Both the position numbers and the translations under genes were made by a program. Below the pieces are notes generated by a model. That model made no database searches and was not told the DNA's origin. It saw only the letters and a program-made list of their open reading frames with translations. Source: Nocardiaceae bacterium (GTDB taxonomy: Bacteria; Actinomycetota; Actinomycetes; Mycobacteriales; Mycobacteriaceae). From it: a DNA stretch of 64,000 bases. The number at the start of each line of letters is the position of its first letter. The stretch's first letter is position 1. Of this stretch, positions 47,787-58,593 are shown one piece after another. The stretch covers positions 962-64,961 of the forward strand of contig JAJFUQ010000066.1 in NCBI GenBank assembly GCA_021372355.1. Direction: 5' to 3'.

Positions 47787-50700
47787 GTGACTGGGGGCTT
47801 CGTTCATCTGCACAACCACACCGAGTACTCGATGCTCGATGGTGCCGCCAAGATTTCGCCGTTGTTCAAAGAGGCTGAGCGCCTTGGGATGACGGCTGTC
47901 GGCATGTCGGACCACGGCAACATGTTCGGCGCCTCGGAGTTCTACAACACGGCCAAGAAATTCGGCATCAAGCCGATCATCGGTATCGAGGCGTACATCG
48001 CGCCGGCGTCCCGCTTCGACACTCGCCGCATTCTGTGGGGTGACGCGAGCCAGAAGTCCGACGACGTCTCGGGTAGCGGTTCGTACACCCACATGACGAT
48101 GGTCGCGGAAAACGCGAAGGGTCTGAAGAACCTCTTCAAGTTGTCGTCGCTCGCATCGATCGAAGGCCAGCTCGGCAAGTGGTCGCGTATGGACGAGGAG
48201 ATCATCGCCCAGCACGCCGAGGGCATCATCGCGACGACGGGCTGCCCGTCGGGTGAAGTGCAGACGCGTCTGCGCCTCGGCCACGATCGCGAGGCCCTCG
48301 AAGCCGCCGCGAAGTGGCAGGAGATCTTCGGCAAAGACAACTTCTTCCTCGAGATCATGGACCACGGTCTCGAGATCGAGCGTCGTGTGCGTGAAGGCCT
48401 TCTCGACATCGGTCAGAAGCTCGGTATTCGGCCGCTCGCCACGAACGACTGCCACTACGTCACCAAGGAAGCAGCGTCCAATCACGAAGCGCTGCTGTGT
48501 ATTCAAACTGGAAAAACGCTCACCGACCCGACGCGCTTCAAGTTCGACGGCGATGGCTACTACCTCAAGTCCGCCGAGGAGATGCGCGCACTGTGGGACT
48601 CCCAGGTCCCGGGTGCGTGTGACTCAACGGAATGGATCGGCGAGCGCGTCCAGCCGTACGACGACGTCTGGAAGCACAGCGACCGCATGCCGGTCTTTCC
48701 CGTGCCCGAGGGGGAGACACAGGACAGTTGGCTCCACAAGGAGGTGTTCCGCGGTCTCGACCGCCGCTTCCCGGATGGTCCGTCGCAGGAATACATCGAC
48801 CGCGCCGAGTACGAGATCCGCGTCATCTGCCAGATGGGGTTCCCGGCGTACTTCCTCGTCGTTGGTGACCTCATCCAGCACGCGCTGTCGGTCGGCATCC
48901 GGGTCGGTCCCGGTCGTGGTTCCGCGGCCGGTTCGCTCGTCGCGTACGCGATGGGTATCACCAACATCGACCCGATTCCTCACGGCCTGCTGTTCGAGCG
49001 GTTCCTCAACCCCGAACGTGTGTCGATGCCGGATATCGATATCGACTTCGACGACCGTCGCCGCGGCGAAATGGTGCGCTACGCGGCGGACAAGTGGGGC
49101 AGCGACAAGGTCGCCCAGGTCATCACCTTCGGCACGATTAAGACCAAGGCCGCCATCAAGGACTCCGCGCGAGTTCAGTTCGGTCAGCCCGGTTTCGCGA
49201 TTGCTGACCGCATCTCGAAGGCCCTTCCGCCGCCGATCATGGCGAAGGACATCCCGCTCTACGGGATCATGGATCCGGACCACGAGCGGTACAAGGAAGC
49301 CGCCGAGGTTCGCACGCTCATCGAAACCGACCCGGATGTCGCGAAGATCTACGAGACCGCTCGCGGTCTCGAGGGCCTGATCCGTAACGCCGGTGTCCAC
49401 GCGTGCGCGGTCATCATGTCGTCGCAGCCGCTCATCGACGCGATCCCGGTGTGGAAGCGTCCACAGGACGGCGCGATGATCACCGGATGGGACTACCCAT
49501 CGTGTGAGGCCATCGGCCTGCTGAAGATGGACTTCCTCGGTCTGCGCAACCTCACGGTCATCGGTGACGCGATCGAGAACATCAAGGCAAACCGGGGGAT
49601 CGACCTCGACCTCGACAAGCTCCCTCTCGAAGATCCGAAGACGTACGAGCTCCTCGCTCGTGGTGACACGCTCGGTGTGTTCCAGCTCGATGGAACGGCC
49701 ATGCGAGAGCTGCTCAAGCTCATGCGGCCTACCGGCTTCGAAGACATCGTCGCCGTTCTCGCGCTGTACCGCCCGGGTCCGATGGGTGTGAACGCCCACA
49801 CCGACTACGCCAAGCGCAAGAACGGCATGCAAGACGTCACGCCGATTCACCCTGAGCTCGAAGAGCCACTTCGCGAGATCCTGGCTCCGACCTACGGTCT
49901 GATCGTCTACCAAGAGCAGATCATGCAAATCGCGCAGAAGGTGGCGGGCTACTCGCTCGGACAAGCAGACCTTCTCCGTCGTGCCATGGGTAAGAAGAAG
50001 AAGGAAATCCTCGACGAGGCCTATGGCGGCTTCCAAGAGGGAATGCTCAAAAACGGGTTCTCCCAGGCGGCCATCACCGCGCTGTGGAACACAGTTCTGC
50101 CGTTCGCCGGCTACGCGTTCAACAAGTCGCACGCCGCCGGATACGGACTCGTCTCGTTCTGGACCGCCTACCTCAAGGCGAACTTCCCGGCCGAGTACAT
50201 GGCGGGACTTCTCACCTCGGTCGGTGACGATAAGGACAAGGCCGCGATCTACCTGTCGGACTGCCGCCACCTGGGCATCACCGTGCTGCCGCCAGATGTC
50301 AACCACTCGGTGCAGAACTTCGCGTCGGTCGGGGAAGACATCCGCTTCGGCATGGGGGCGATCCGCAACGTCGGATCGAACGTCGTCGCGTCGATCATCT
50401 CGTCGCGTGAGCAGAAGGGGAAGTTCAACGACTTCTCCGACTTCCTCAACAAGATCGATGCCAACGCCTGCAACAAGAAGGTCGTTGAATCTCTGATCAA
50501 GTCGGGCGCCTTCGACTCGCTCAACCATCCGCGCAAGGGGCTCATGCTCGTGCACGCGGACGCCGTCGATTCGGTCATGGGTACGAAGAAGGCCGAGGCC
50601 ATGGGCCAGTTCGACCTCTTCGGCGGCTTTGGTGATGAGGAAGCCGACGAGTCCATCGCGTCGGTGTTCCAGATCAAAGTCCCGGACGAGGAGTGGGACA

Positions 50701-51332
50701 CCAAGCACAAGCTCGCTCTCGAGCGGGAAATGCTGGGCCTCTACGTTTCCGGCCACCCGCTGAACGGCGTCGAGCACATTCTGGCGTCGCAGTCCGACAC
50801 CTCGATCCCGCGCATCCTCGAAGGCGAGGTCAAGGACGGCACCCAGGTGACCATCGGCGGCATCATCGCCTCGGTGAACCGGCGGGTCAACAAGCAGGGC
50901 TTGCCGTGGGCGTCGATTCAGCTCGAAGACCTCGCTGGTGGTATCGAGGTCAACTTCTTTGCACAGGCGTACTCGGTCTACGGATTCGACATCGCCGAGG
51001 ACCGCGTCGTCCTGATCAAGGGCCGCGTGAACATCCGCGACGAACGAATCCAGATCAATGCCAATGATCTTGCCGTCCCTGATCTTTCGGGCATCGGTGT
51101 CACGAAGCCCGTCGCGGTGAGCCTGCAGGCACATACCTGTACCCCGAATCGGGTCGCAGAACTCAAACGGATTCTGTCGAGCCATCCCGGACCTGCGGAC
51201 GTCCACCTCCGACTGCTCAACAATGACAAGGTGACGACGCTCAAGCTCGACGACGCACTCCGCGTGACGCCGTCGTCGGCGCTCATGGGCGACCTCAAGG
51301 CACTACTCGGACCGGCCTGCCTGGCCAACTGA
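47787..51332 (+). CDS. dnaE: DNA polymerase III alpha subunit (DnaE1), no intein
   Basis: PHP motif [41 protein letters not shown] and [14 protein letters not shown] lies 6 nt before GTG (leaderless-like). Confidence 0.98.
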   Translation: MTGGFVHLHNHTEYSMLDGAAKISPLFKEAERLGMTAVGMSDHGNMFGASEFYNTAKKFGIKPIIGIEAYIAPASRFDTRRILWGDASQKSDDVSGSGSYTHMTMVAENAKGLKNLFKLSSLASIEGQLGKWSRMDEEIIAQHAEGIIATTGCPSGEVQTRLRLGHDREALEAAAKWQEIFGKDNFFLEIMDHGLEIERRVREGLLDIGQKLGIRPLATNDCHYVTKEAASNHEALLCIQTGKTLTDPTRFKFDGDGYYLKSAEEMRALWDSQVPGACDSTEWIGERVQPYDDVWKHSDRMPVFPVPEGETQDSWLHKEVFRGLDRRFPDGPSQEYIDRAEYEIRVICQMGFPAYFLVVGDLIQHALSVGIRVGPGRGSAAGSLVAYAMGITNIDPIPHGLLFERFLNPERVSMPDIDIDFDDRRRGEMVRYAADKWGSDKVAQVITFGTIKTKAAIKDSARVQFGQPGFAIADRISKALPPPIMAKDIPLYGIMDPDHERYKEAAEVRTLIETDPDVAKIYETARGLEGLIRNAGVHACAVIMSSQPLIDAIPVWKRPQDGAMITGWDYPSCEAIGLLKMDFLGLRNLTVIGDAIENIKANRGIDLDLDKLPLEDPKTYELLARGDTLGVFQLDGTAMRELLKLMRPTGFEDIVAVLALYRPGPMGVNAHTDYAKRKNGMQDVTPIHPELEEPLREILAPTYGLIVYQEQIMQIAQKVAGYSLGQADLLRRAMGKKKKEILDEAYGGFQEGMLKNGFSQAAITALWNTVLPFAGYAFNKSHAAGYGLVSFWTAYLKANFPAEYMAGLLTSVGDDKDKAAIYLSDCRHLGITVLPPDVNHSVQNFASVGEDIRFGMGAIRNVGSNVVASIISSREQKGKFNDFSDFLNKIDANACNKKVVESLIKSGAFDSLNHPRKGLMLVHADAVDSVMGTKKAEAMGQFDLFGGFGDEEADESIASVFQIKVPDEEWDTKHKLALEREMLGLYVSGHPLNGVEHILASQSDTSIPRILEGEVKDGTQVTIGGIIASVNRRVNKQGLPWASIQLEDLAGGIEVNFFAQAYSVYGFDIAEDRVVLIKGRVNIRDERIQINANDLAVPDLSGIGVTKPVAVSLQAHTCTPNRVAELKRILSSHPGPADVHLRLLNNDKVTTLKLDDALRVTPSSALMGDLKALLGPACLAN

Positions 51333-51348
51333 TCGATTCGGAGGGTTC

Positions 51349-52236
51349 GTGGATCTCACGGGGAAAAGGGTCTTCATCACCGGAGCTTCGCGAGGGATCG
51401 GTGCCGAAGTCGCCAGACAGTGCGTGGCCAAGGGCGCGAAGGTGTTTCTCGCGGGCCTCGAACCGGAAGAGCTTGCGGCACGTTGCCGTGAACTCGGGTT
51501 GGCCTCGGCAAGCTACCAGGAAACCGACGTCACGAACCTCGACGCGGTGAAGGCCGCGGTGGCCAAAGCCGTCGACCTCTACGGCGGCATCGACGTCGTG
51601 CTCGCCAACGCCGGAATCGCGCCGTTCGGAACGGTCGCCACCATCGGTAAGCCGACGTTTGATCTGACGATGGCGGTCAACGTCGGCGGTGTCTGGAACA
51701 CCCTCAACGCGACGCTTCCGTACGTCGCCGCATCGAAGGGGCATGTTCTGACGGTGTGCTCGGTGGCGTCGTTCGCGCCGCTCGGCGGGCTGCACGCCTA
51801 CACCGCGAGCAAAGCGGCAGCCGAATCGCTGACCCAGGCCTTCGCGATGGAGGTCGCGCATCTCGGCGTCACGGTCGGAACGGTGCATCCGAGTTGGATC
51901 GACACCGACATGGTGCGAGACGCCGAGACGGACCTGCCGAGCTTTCGGAAGATCCGCAAACTGCTTCCCTGGCCACTGCATTCGACGACGACGGTCGAAG
52001 AGTGTGCAAAAGCGATCGTGCGTGGAATGGAGAAGCGTTCGGACCGCGTGTTCAGTCCGGAATCGGCGTCCGTCGTCTACTGGTCCCGCGCGATGATGCA
52101 GTCGACGACCACGATGAAGCTCTTCAAGCGCATGTCGAGGGACATCATCCCGCAGCTCGAACGCGAGACCCGGGGTCTCGGGCGGTCGCTCAGCGCTCGG
52201 CAAGTTCAACAGTTGCCCGAGAACGATTTGCCATAA
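51349..52236 (+). CDS. Short-chain dehydrogenase/reductase
   Basis: ITGASRGIG, VLANAGI and YTASK (YxxxK). Confidence 0.93.
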   Translation: MDLTGKRVFITGASRGIGAEVARQCVAKGAKVFLAGLEPEELAARCRELGLASASYQETDVTNLDAVKAAVAKAVDLYGGIDVVLANAGIAPFGTVATIGKPTFDLTMAVNVGGVWNTLNATLPYVAASKGHVLTVCSVASFAPLGGLHAYTASKAAAESLTQAFAMEVAHLGVTVGTVHPSWIDTDMVRDAETDLPSFRKIRKLLPWPLHSTTTVEECAKAIVRGMEKRSDRVFSPESASVVYWSRAMMQSTTTMKLFKRMSRDIIPQLERETRGLGRSLSARQVQQLPENDLP

Positions 52237-52267
52237 CCGGTGTGCCGTCGGCGCCTAGCGTTGATCC

Positions 52268-53152
52268 ATGAAACTCGCTGGCAAGACGGTCTTCATCACT
52301 GGTGCAGCACGTGGAATCGGCGCCGAGGTAGCCCGGCAGTGTGTCGCTCACGATGCCAATGTCTTTCTCATCGGCACGTCCGGTGATCTGCTCGCGCAGG
52401 TTGCTGGAGAGCTGGGGGAGAAGGCCGCCTTCGCGGAGGTCGACGTCACGGACCTCCCGGCCGTAGAAGCTGCGGTCGAGACGGCCGCCCAGCACTTCGG
52501 CGGCATCGACGTGGTGCTGGCCAACGCAGGCATAACGTCGTATGGAACGGTCGCGACGATTTCCAAGGAGGCCTTCGAGCGCACGATGGACGTCAATGTC
52601 AGCGGAATGTGGAACACGCTGTCTGCGACGTTGCCGCACGTGACGAAGTCCAAAGGGCATGTCTTGACGGTCTGTTCCGTCTCGTCGTTCGTGCCGGGCG
52701 CCGGAATCCACGCCTACAGTGCCAGCAAAGCCGCCGCCGAGATGATGACATCGTGCTTTGCACTCGAAGTCGCATATCGCGGGGTGACGGTCGGATCGGT
52801 GCACCCCGGCTGGACGGACACGGCGATGGTCCGCGACACCGCCGCGGACCTCGACAGTTTCGTCGAGTTGCGCAAGCGATTGCCGTGGCCACTGCACGCG
52901 ACGATCTCAGTCGAGGACTGCGCTCGCGCAATCGTCCGCGGAATGCGACGGCGTTCGTCCCGGGTGTACGCGCCGGGGTCGATGCGACTGTTGTACTGGG
53001 GGCGGGGGCTCATTCAGTCGCCGCTCGGCTTGAGAATCAACCGAATTCTGGTCGGCCGAATTGTTCAGCCGATGGAGGAAGAGGTTCGCGCGCTCGGCCG
53101 CTCGATGAGTACGCGGGCCGTCCAACAGCTGTCCAAGGGTCATTCCAAGTAA
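52268..53152 (+). CDS. Short-chain dehydrogenase/reductase (tandem paralog)
   Basis: ITGAARGIG, VLANAGI and YSASK. Confidence 0.93.
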   Translation: MKLAGKTVFITGAARGIGAEVARQCVAHDANVFLIGTSGDLLAQVAGELGEKAAFAEVDVTDLPAVEAAVETAAQHFGGIDVVLANAGITSYGTVATISKEAFERTMDVNVSGMWNTLSATLPHVTKSKGHVLTVCSVSSFVPGAGIHAYSASKAAAEMMTSCFALEVAYRGVTVGSVHPGWTDTAMVRDTAADLDSFVELRKRLPWPLHATISVEDCARAIVRGMRRRSSRVYAPGSMRLLYWGRGLIQSPLGLRINRILVGRIVQPMEEEVRALGRSMSTRAVQQLSKGHSK

Positions 53153-53169
53153 TCGATGTGCGATGTGGA

Positions 53170-54525
53170 CTAGCCGGTCGGGCCCACTGCAAGGTCGCCG
53201 ACCGGTCGCCGAGTGAACACCCGCGCCATGATGCTCGGCTTCATGAGGGTGGCAGGGTGGTCAAGCAATCCGGTGACGCGATAGAACTTCTCAGCGAGTA
53301 CCGGGTCGCTTTGCGCGGCTCGCAGGTACCGCTCCATATAGCTGTTGATGAATTTCACCTGCCGGGTGAGAGGTCCCTCTGTGCCTGGAATACCGAGGTC
53401 AGCGCCGGTGCTGGTCTGCCACGCCTTCATGATGTGACTGCTCGTCGCTTTGAAAAACCGCCGCGGCAGGTTGCCGGTTCCCTTCGACAGACACTTCTGG
53501 AGGGCCTGAGCATCCAGAGCCGCAACCGACATTCCTTGGCCGTAGATGGGGTTGAAGCTGCAGATCGCGTCTCCCGTGACGATGAGTCCGTCCGGAAGAG
53601 TGCGCAGCTTGTCGTAGCGACGCCACTGGCTCGAGGGAAACTTGTGGCGCGCAGGCTCCGCGATCGTTTCTGCCTGCCCCAGTGCTTTGAGCATGTCTGC
53701 GGGCGCGAACGTCGACACGAAATCACGCATCGCGCCGAATTCGGGTTCGACCTGGATCCCGACCATTCCGATCACCGTGAAGATCCAGGTGTTGTTCTCG
53801 TACCCGAACAAGGCGAACCCAGTCGGGCGATCCGGTGTCGGCCCGATGATGTTGAAGTGCTGCGAGAGGCTGCCCTCCGGCAGGCGGAGTAGTTGCGTTG
53901 CGTAGGTGACCCGGACGACCACGTGATCCTCAAGCGGTCGTCCGAACCCATGTTTCTCCAGAAAAGCTGGAGTCTTTCCAGCTCGACCCAACGAGTCGAC
54001 GACCAGGTCAGCCGACAGTGTCCTCTCCGTCGAGGTCGACTTATCGACGACCGTGACACCTGAGACGCGCTTGTCCTCGATCACGAAGTCCTCGAATTCG
54101 TGGCCATCGAGAATCGTGATCCGGTCCAGACCGCGGATACGGTCGCGGACCTGCGCTTCGAGAAACGGACGGCTGACGCTGTACGTATCCTCGGGCCTTC
54201 GGAAGAAGCCGTTCCGGCACAGGGTGTACCCGTTGATGCGGAAGAACAGCCGGGACAGGTCACCGTCGAGGACGGCTGGAACGCCGTCCGCCACGAGCTG
54301 ATTCGTCAAGCCGGGGAACATTTCACCGATGATTTTGGCGCCGGCCGGGCTCAGCGCATGCGCGTGACGACCTTGGGGTACTCCGCGGCGATTTTCCGGT
54401 GCCGTCGGCAAATTGTCGCGCTCGATGATCGTGACTTTGGCGTAGAAATCTGACAGCACTCGGGCGCATAACAGGCCGCCCATGCTCGCGCCCAGAACGA
54501 CGGCGTGGTCTCCGAGTTTGGGCAT
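53170..54525 (-). CDS. FAD-dependent oxidoreductase/monooxygenase
   Basis: AVVLGASMGGL, IIERD, GVPQGRHAH and GDAICSFNPIYGQGMSVAA. Confidence 0.88.
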   Translation of the reverse strand: MPKLGDHAVVLGASMGGLLCARVLSDFYAKVTIIERDNLPTAPENRRGVPQGRHAHALSPAGAKIIGEMFPGLTNQLVADGVPAVLDGDLSRLFFRINGYTLCRNGFFRRPEDTYSVSRPFLEAQVRDRIRGLDRITILDGHEFEDFVIEDKRVSGVTVVDKSTSTERTLSADLVVDSLGRAGKTPAFLEKHGFGRPLEDHVVVRVTYATQLLRLPEGSLSQHFNIIGPTPDRPTGFALFGYENNTWIFTVIGMVGIQVEPEFGAMRDFVSTFAPADMLKALGQAETIAEPARHKFPSSQWRRYDKLRTLPDGLIVTGDAICSFNPIYGQGMSVAALDAQALQKCLSKGTGNLPRRFFKATSSHIMKAWQTSTGADLGIPGTEGPLTRQVKFINSYMERYLRAAQSDPVLAEKFYRVTGLLDHPATLMKPSIMARVFTRRPVGDLAVGPTG

Positions 54526-54698
54526 GTCAGTTCCCTCTACCGTGGCTCGACAAGGTCTTGCATTTGTGGTTCAAATTAATGATTCCGTTGTGGTTCGAGC
54601 CGAAAAATGCAGCGTGGATATTGCGATGTCCTTTGGTCGGACCACGTCTTGCATTAACCGAAGTGCAATCGTGACGACGAAAGTGGCACCATGGTCGG

Positions 54699-56015
54699 GT
54701 GCCCTCACCCCTGAACGCTGCAGAGATCGACGCCGCTGGCAAGCGGCTCGCCGGTGTCGTCGCGCGTACACCCTTGGAGCGCAACGCCCGACTGTCGCAC
54801 GCGACCGGTGCGAATGTGTTCTTCAAGCGCGAAGACCTTCAAGTCGTTCGCTCCTACAAGATTCGCGGGGCATACAACCTCATCGTCCAACTCACTGAGG
54901 AGGAGAAGGCCGCCGGAGTGGTCGCGGCGAGCGCCGGCAACCACGCCCAAGGCGTTGCCTTCGCCTGCCGCACGATGGGCATCAACGGCCGCATCTACGT
55001 ACCGGCGAAGACTCCGAACCAGAAGCGCGACCGCATCCGCGTCCACGGCGGTGAATTCGTCGAACTGATCCCCATCGGCCGCACGTACGACGACGCCTGG
55101 GATGCCGCGGTCGCCGACGTCGAGCGCACCGGCGCGACCATGGTGCCGCCTTTCGACGACCCGCGCACCGCCGCCGGTCAGGGCACCATCGCAGTCGAAA
55201 TCCTCGAGCAGTTACGCACCCAGCCCGACGTGGTCGTCGTCCCGGTCGGCGGGGGCGGCTGCATCAGCGGAATCATCTCTTACCTGCGGGAACGTTCGCC
55301 GCACACGACCGTCATCGGCGTCGAGCCGGCGGGCGCTCCCTCGATGACCGCGGCGCTCGATGCGGGCGGACCGATCACGTTGCATGACATCGACCCGTTC
55401 GTCGACGGTGCGGCGGTCCGCCGAATCGGCAACCTGCCCTATGACACGATCGCCGCGGCGGGCGCGAAGGTCGTCGCGCACGGCGGTCTGTCGCAGTACT
55501 TCCGCAAGCGTGCCCTCGACGAGCCCGGCGAGTTTGCCGTCGTCACCGTCGAAGAAGGTGCCGTCTGCGCCGCGATGCTCGAGCTGTATCAGAACGACGG
55601 AATCATCGCCGAACCGGCGGGCGCGCTGTCGACGGCTGCTCTTTCAGGCGTCTCGATCGCCCCTGACCTGAACGTCGTCTGCTTGGTGTCCGGTGGAAAT
55701 AACGACGTGTCTCGCTACGGCGAAATCGTCGAGCGTTCGCTCGTGTACCAGGGCTACAAGCACTACTTCCTCGTGGACTTCCCGCAGGAACCGGGTGCGC
55801 TGCGCCGATTCTTGGACGAGGTCCTCGGCCCCGACGACGACATCACGCTGTTCGAGTACGTCAAGCGCAACAACCGCGAGACCGGTGCCGCACTGGTCGC
55901 TCTCGAACTCGGTGACCCGAAGGGTCTCGGGCCGCTGCTCGACCGCATGGAGAAGAGTCGGCTGCACTGTGAGCGGCTTGAACCGGGGTCGCCCGCGTAC
56001 CGCTACCTCACCTAG
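54699..56015 (+). CDS. ilvA: Threonine ammonia-lyase (biosynthetic)
   Basis: FKREDLQVVRSYKIRGA (PLP Lys), ASAGNHAQG, PVGGGG and VSGGNND, plus the C-terminal regulatory domain FPQEPGALRRF. Confidence 0.97.
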   Translation: MPSPLNAAEIDAAGKRLAGVVARTPLERNARLSHATGANVFFKREDLQVVRSYKIRGAYNLIVQLTEEEKAAGVVAASAGNHAQGVAFACRTMGINGRIYVPAKTPNQKRDRIRVHGGEFVELIPIGRTYDDAWDAAVADVERTGATMVPPFDDPRTAAGQGTIAVEILEQLRTQPDVVVVPVGGGGCISGIISYLRERSPHTTVIGVEPAGAPSMTAALDAGGPITLHDIDPFVDGAAVRRIGNLPYDTIAAAGAKVVAHGGLSQYFRKRALDEPGEFAVVTVEEGAVCAAMLELYQNDGIIAEPAGALSTAALSGVSIAPDLNVVCLVSGGNNDVSRYGEIVERSLVYQGYKHYFLVDFPQEPGALRRFLDEVLGPDDDITLFEYVKRNNRETGAALVALELGDPKGLGPLLDRMEKSRLHCERLEPGSPAYRYLT

Positions 56016-56056
56016 ATCGATCGGCTAACTGACCCTGAGCTGGGTAATCCTCAGCC

Positions 56057-57157
56057 ATGGGCACAGATACGGAAATTCCGACGTTCGGCGTCGAAGAGGA
56101 ATTCCTTCTGGTCGATTCGGTGGCCGGGCATCCGGTCGCGTGCAACGTGGCCGTCGCAGAAGCGGCGGCGGCCCGCGGCACGAAGCTGCAACTCGAAATG
56201 ACGCAGTGCCAGGTCGAGACCGCGACCCCAGTGTGCAATACCGCGCACGAGGTCGATTCCTACGTGCGGCTTTCCCGGAAGAACGCAGCCGGGGCCGCCG
56301 AAGACTGCGGCGCTCGGCTCCTCGCCGCGAGCGTTTCGCCGGCCGTCACCGCCGACTTCCCGCTCACCGAGAAATCCCGGTACACGACGATCAAAAGTGA
56401 GTTCGGAATCGTCGCCAACGAGCTCGCGGTGAGCGGGTGCCACGTTCACGTCGCGATCGATGACCCGGAGCAAGCGCCTGCGATCAGCAATCACCTTCGT
56501 CCGTGGATGCCGACTTTGCTTGCCCTGTCGGCGAATTCGTCGATCTGCGAAGGACGGGACACCGGCTACGCGAGTTGGCGATCGATTCTGTGGTCGCGGT
56601 GGCCGTCAGCTGGTCCGCCGCCGTACTTTGCCGACCACGATGACTACACCGCCACCGTGCATGACCTGCGGATCGCCGGGGCAGCGCTCGACGACGCGAT
56701 GGTCTACTGGCACATCCGACCGTCGTCGCATCTGCCGACGATCGAGATTCGCGTATGCGATGTCCCTGCGACCGTCGATGAAACAGTCCTCATCGCGGTT
56801 CTCATTCGTTCACTCGTCATGGCGGCGCTCAACCGTGTGCGACAAGGCGACAACGGGCCGATGGTTCCGGACTCATTCCTTCGAGCCGCGTGCTGGCGAG
56901 CCGCGCGCGACGGCATCGTCGGACAGGGGGTCGACGTGAACGCAAAGCGATTGACTCCCGTGCGCGAGTGCGTCGACTCGCTACTGCGAATGGTCAGGCC
57001 GGAACTCGACCGGACCGGTGAGTTCGACGAAGCGACCGAACTCGTCGAGCAGGTTTTCGGGCGCGGTAATGGCGCAATCCGGCAGCGCGCGGCCCTCGAA
57101 CGTCGCCACGATGTCGGCGACGTCGTCGCTGAATTGGCGCGGCTGACGGCGTTGTAA
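56057..57157 (+). CDS. Carboxylate-amine ligase YbdK / glutamate--cysteine ligase 2 family
   Basis: TFGVEEEFLLVD, CQVETATP, GCHVHV, LSANS, GYASWR, IRPSSHLPTIEIRVCD and GNGAIRQR. Confidence 0.9.
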   Translation: MGTDTEIPTFGVEEEFLLVDSVAGHPVACNVAVAEAAAARGTKLQLEMTQCQVETATPVCNTAHEVDSYVRLSRKNAAGAAEDCGARLLAASVSPAVTADFPLTEKSRYTTIKSEFGIVANELAVSGCHVHVAIDDPEQAPAISNHLRPWMPTLLALSANSSICEGRDTGYASWRSILWSRWPSAGPPPYFADHDDYTATVHDLRIAGAALDDAMVYWHIRPSSHLPTIEIRVCDVPATVDETVLIAVLIRSLVMAALNRVRQGDNGPMVPDSFLRAACWRAARDGIVGQGVDVNAKRLTPVRECVDSLLRMVRPELDRTGEFDEATELVEQVFGRGNGAIRQRAALERRHDVGDVVAELARLTAL

Positions 57158-57164
57158 CCCAGAT

Positions 57165-57740
57165 CTACTGCGACGTCGATACCGCGGTCACGCCCAGCTG
57201 GTGTGCTTTGTCGTTCGAGCAACCCGTCGTGGGGTACGAGACGAAGGCCGAGTCGAAGCTGTTCGGTGGGTAGACCCGGAGGCCCGCCACCGATGTCGGA
57301 CCGCAGTCCTCGGGCGAGTAATTCTGGACGTTGACAGCCTTGATCATCGATGACGCGACGTATCCCGGAGCCAGCGAGATCGGTCCGTTCGAATCGCCGT
57401 CGCGGGTCGCGGGCTGTCCGATCGGCTGACCCTCGTTGTCGTTCGCGTAGGAAACTCCGGGGAATCCGTCCAGAGTGCACGTGTTGTCGGACGTGTTGGT
57501 GAACGTGAGGTTCAAGATCGTGCTGCCGGCTGCACCGCCTTGGCTGACGACCTTGACCGCGAGATCGCCGACAGTGCACGCAGCGGGTGCGTTTTCGGTC
57601 GTGGTTGTCGCCGCCGCCGATGTCGAGCTGCGCACGGCTGACGTCGGTGAGGCGGTTTCTGAACCGGTCGTGCTGTTGCCACAACCCGCGACCGCCAGGA
57701 GCAGCGTGCACCCACCGACCGCGAAATACCCAGCTTTCAT
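57165..57740 (-). CDS. DUF4232-like lipoprotein
   Basis: Lipobox VAGC, a Ser/Thr linker, ACTVGDL, GAAGS, CTLDGFPGV and LRVYPP. ATGA overlap. Confidence 0.75.
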   Translation of the reverse strand: MKAGYFAVGGCTLLLAVAGCGNSTTGSETASPTSAVRSSTSAAATTTTENAPAACTVGDLAVKVVSQGGAAGSTILNLTFTNTSDNTCTLDGFPGVSYANDNEGQPIGQPATRDGDSNGPISLAPGYVASSMIKAVNVQNYSPEDCGPTSVAGLRVYPPNSFDSAFVSYPTTGCSNDKAHQLGVTAVSTSQ

Positions 57741-58273
57741 ACCCGGACTATAGGTGCATCCGAGGATCTGATAGTCCACACGCGAACGATCGTGACGTAC
57801 GTCCAGCCGGCGACGAGCCAGGTCGCGAATGCTCCGGGTGCCCCGGTCACCAAGAAGCCGAGCCCGACCGCGGCGATCCCGAGCAGCACGATTCCGATCG
57901 CGGTTCCGGCGAACGCGACCACGGTCCGAACCGGATTGGTACGCACGAAGTCGAGTGGCTTGACGCGGTTCGCTATGCAGCAGGCGAGCGCGATTCCCAC
58001 CGTGAGGACGAGGGGAGTGAGTACCGGCATCAGAATCCCCGCCGCCGCCGCGAGCGCCACCGTTCCGACGACAGCGGCCAGCACCTGCCAGTCCCAGTTG
58101 CCGGCCATCACCGCGGTGATCGCCCAGAGTGCCGCGACCAGCGCGCAGAACGATGTGGCGAAGGTGAGAGCGAAGGACCAGTGAAAGGTCGGGACCGGAT
58201 CACCGAGGATGAGCAGACTCTGCACGAGGGCGTGTGCGCCGATGATGCCGAGAAGCCGCAGGAATGTCGTCAT
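57737..58273 (-). CDS. Hypothetical polytopic membrane protein
   Basis: About six hydrophobic helices, translationally coupled on both sides. Confidence 0.7.
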   Translation of the reverse strand: MTTFLRLLGIIGAHALVQSLLILGDPVPTFHWSFALTFATSFCALVAALWAITAVMAGNWDWQVLAAVVGTVALAAAAGILMPVLTPLVLTVGIALACCIANRVKPLDFVRTNPVRTVVAFAGTAIGIVLLGIAAVGLGFLVTGAPGAFATWLVAGWTYVTIVRVWTIRSSDAPIVRV

Positions 58274-58593
58274 CGTGGCTGCCCGTTCTCCGTGATGACG
58301 CTCTGGAGCGACCCGTCGTACAGCGAGCGCGGTCCCACGGTGATCGTCAGGTGGTCACCCTCGGACCGGACGGCGATCGTCTCACCGGCCATTGTCTTGC
58401 CTTCGCACGTCGACACCTTGTCGGTCTCGGTGCACACCGGCGCGGTCAGGATTTCGATTCCGGCGCCGACGAGGACGTCGTTCGCGGCGAACCGGACCGT
58501 CGAGACGTTGTCGCCGCCGACCGGCGCCAGTGCATCGACCTGGGAGCAGCCGGCGAGGCCGAGTAGCAGCAGGACGGGGAAGATACGTTTCAT
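58270..58593 (-). CDS. Small lipoprotein of unknown function
   Basis: MKRIFPVLLLLGLAGC lipobox, two extra Cys (APVC...STCEG), and ATGA overlaps. Confidence 0.75.
   Translation of the reverse strand: MKRIFPVLLLLGLAGCSQVDALAPVGGDNVSTVRFAANDVLVGAGIEILTAPVCTETDKVSTCEGKTMAGETIAVRSEGDHLTITVGPRSLYDGSLQSVITENGQPR

Noticed and set aside
47787-51332. Intein or split dnaE
   Set aside because: The 1181-aa length and continuous motifs match an uninterrupted DnaE1, and no LAGLIDADG or Hint motifs were seen.
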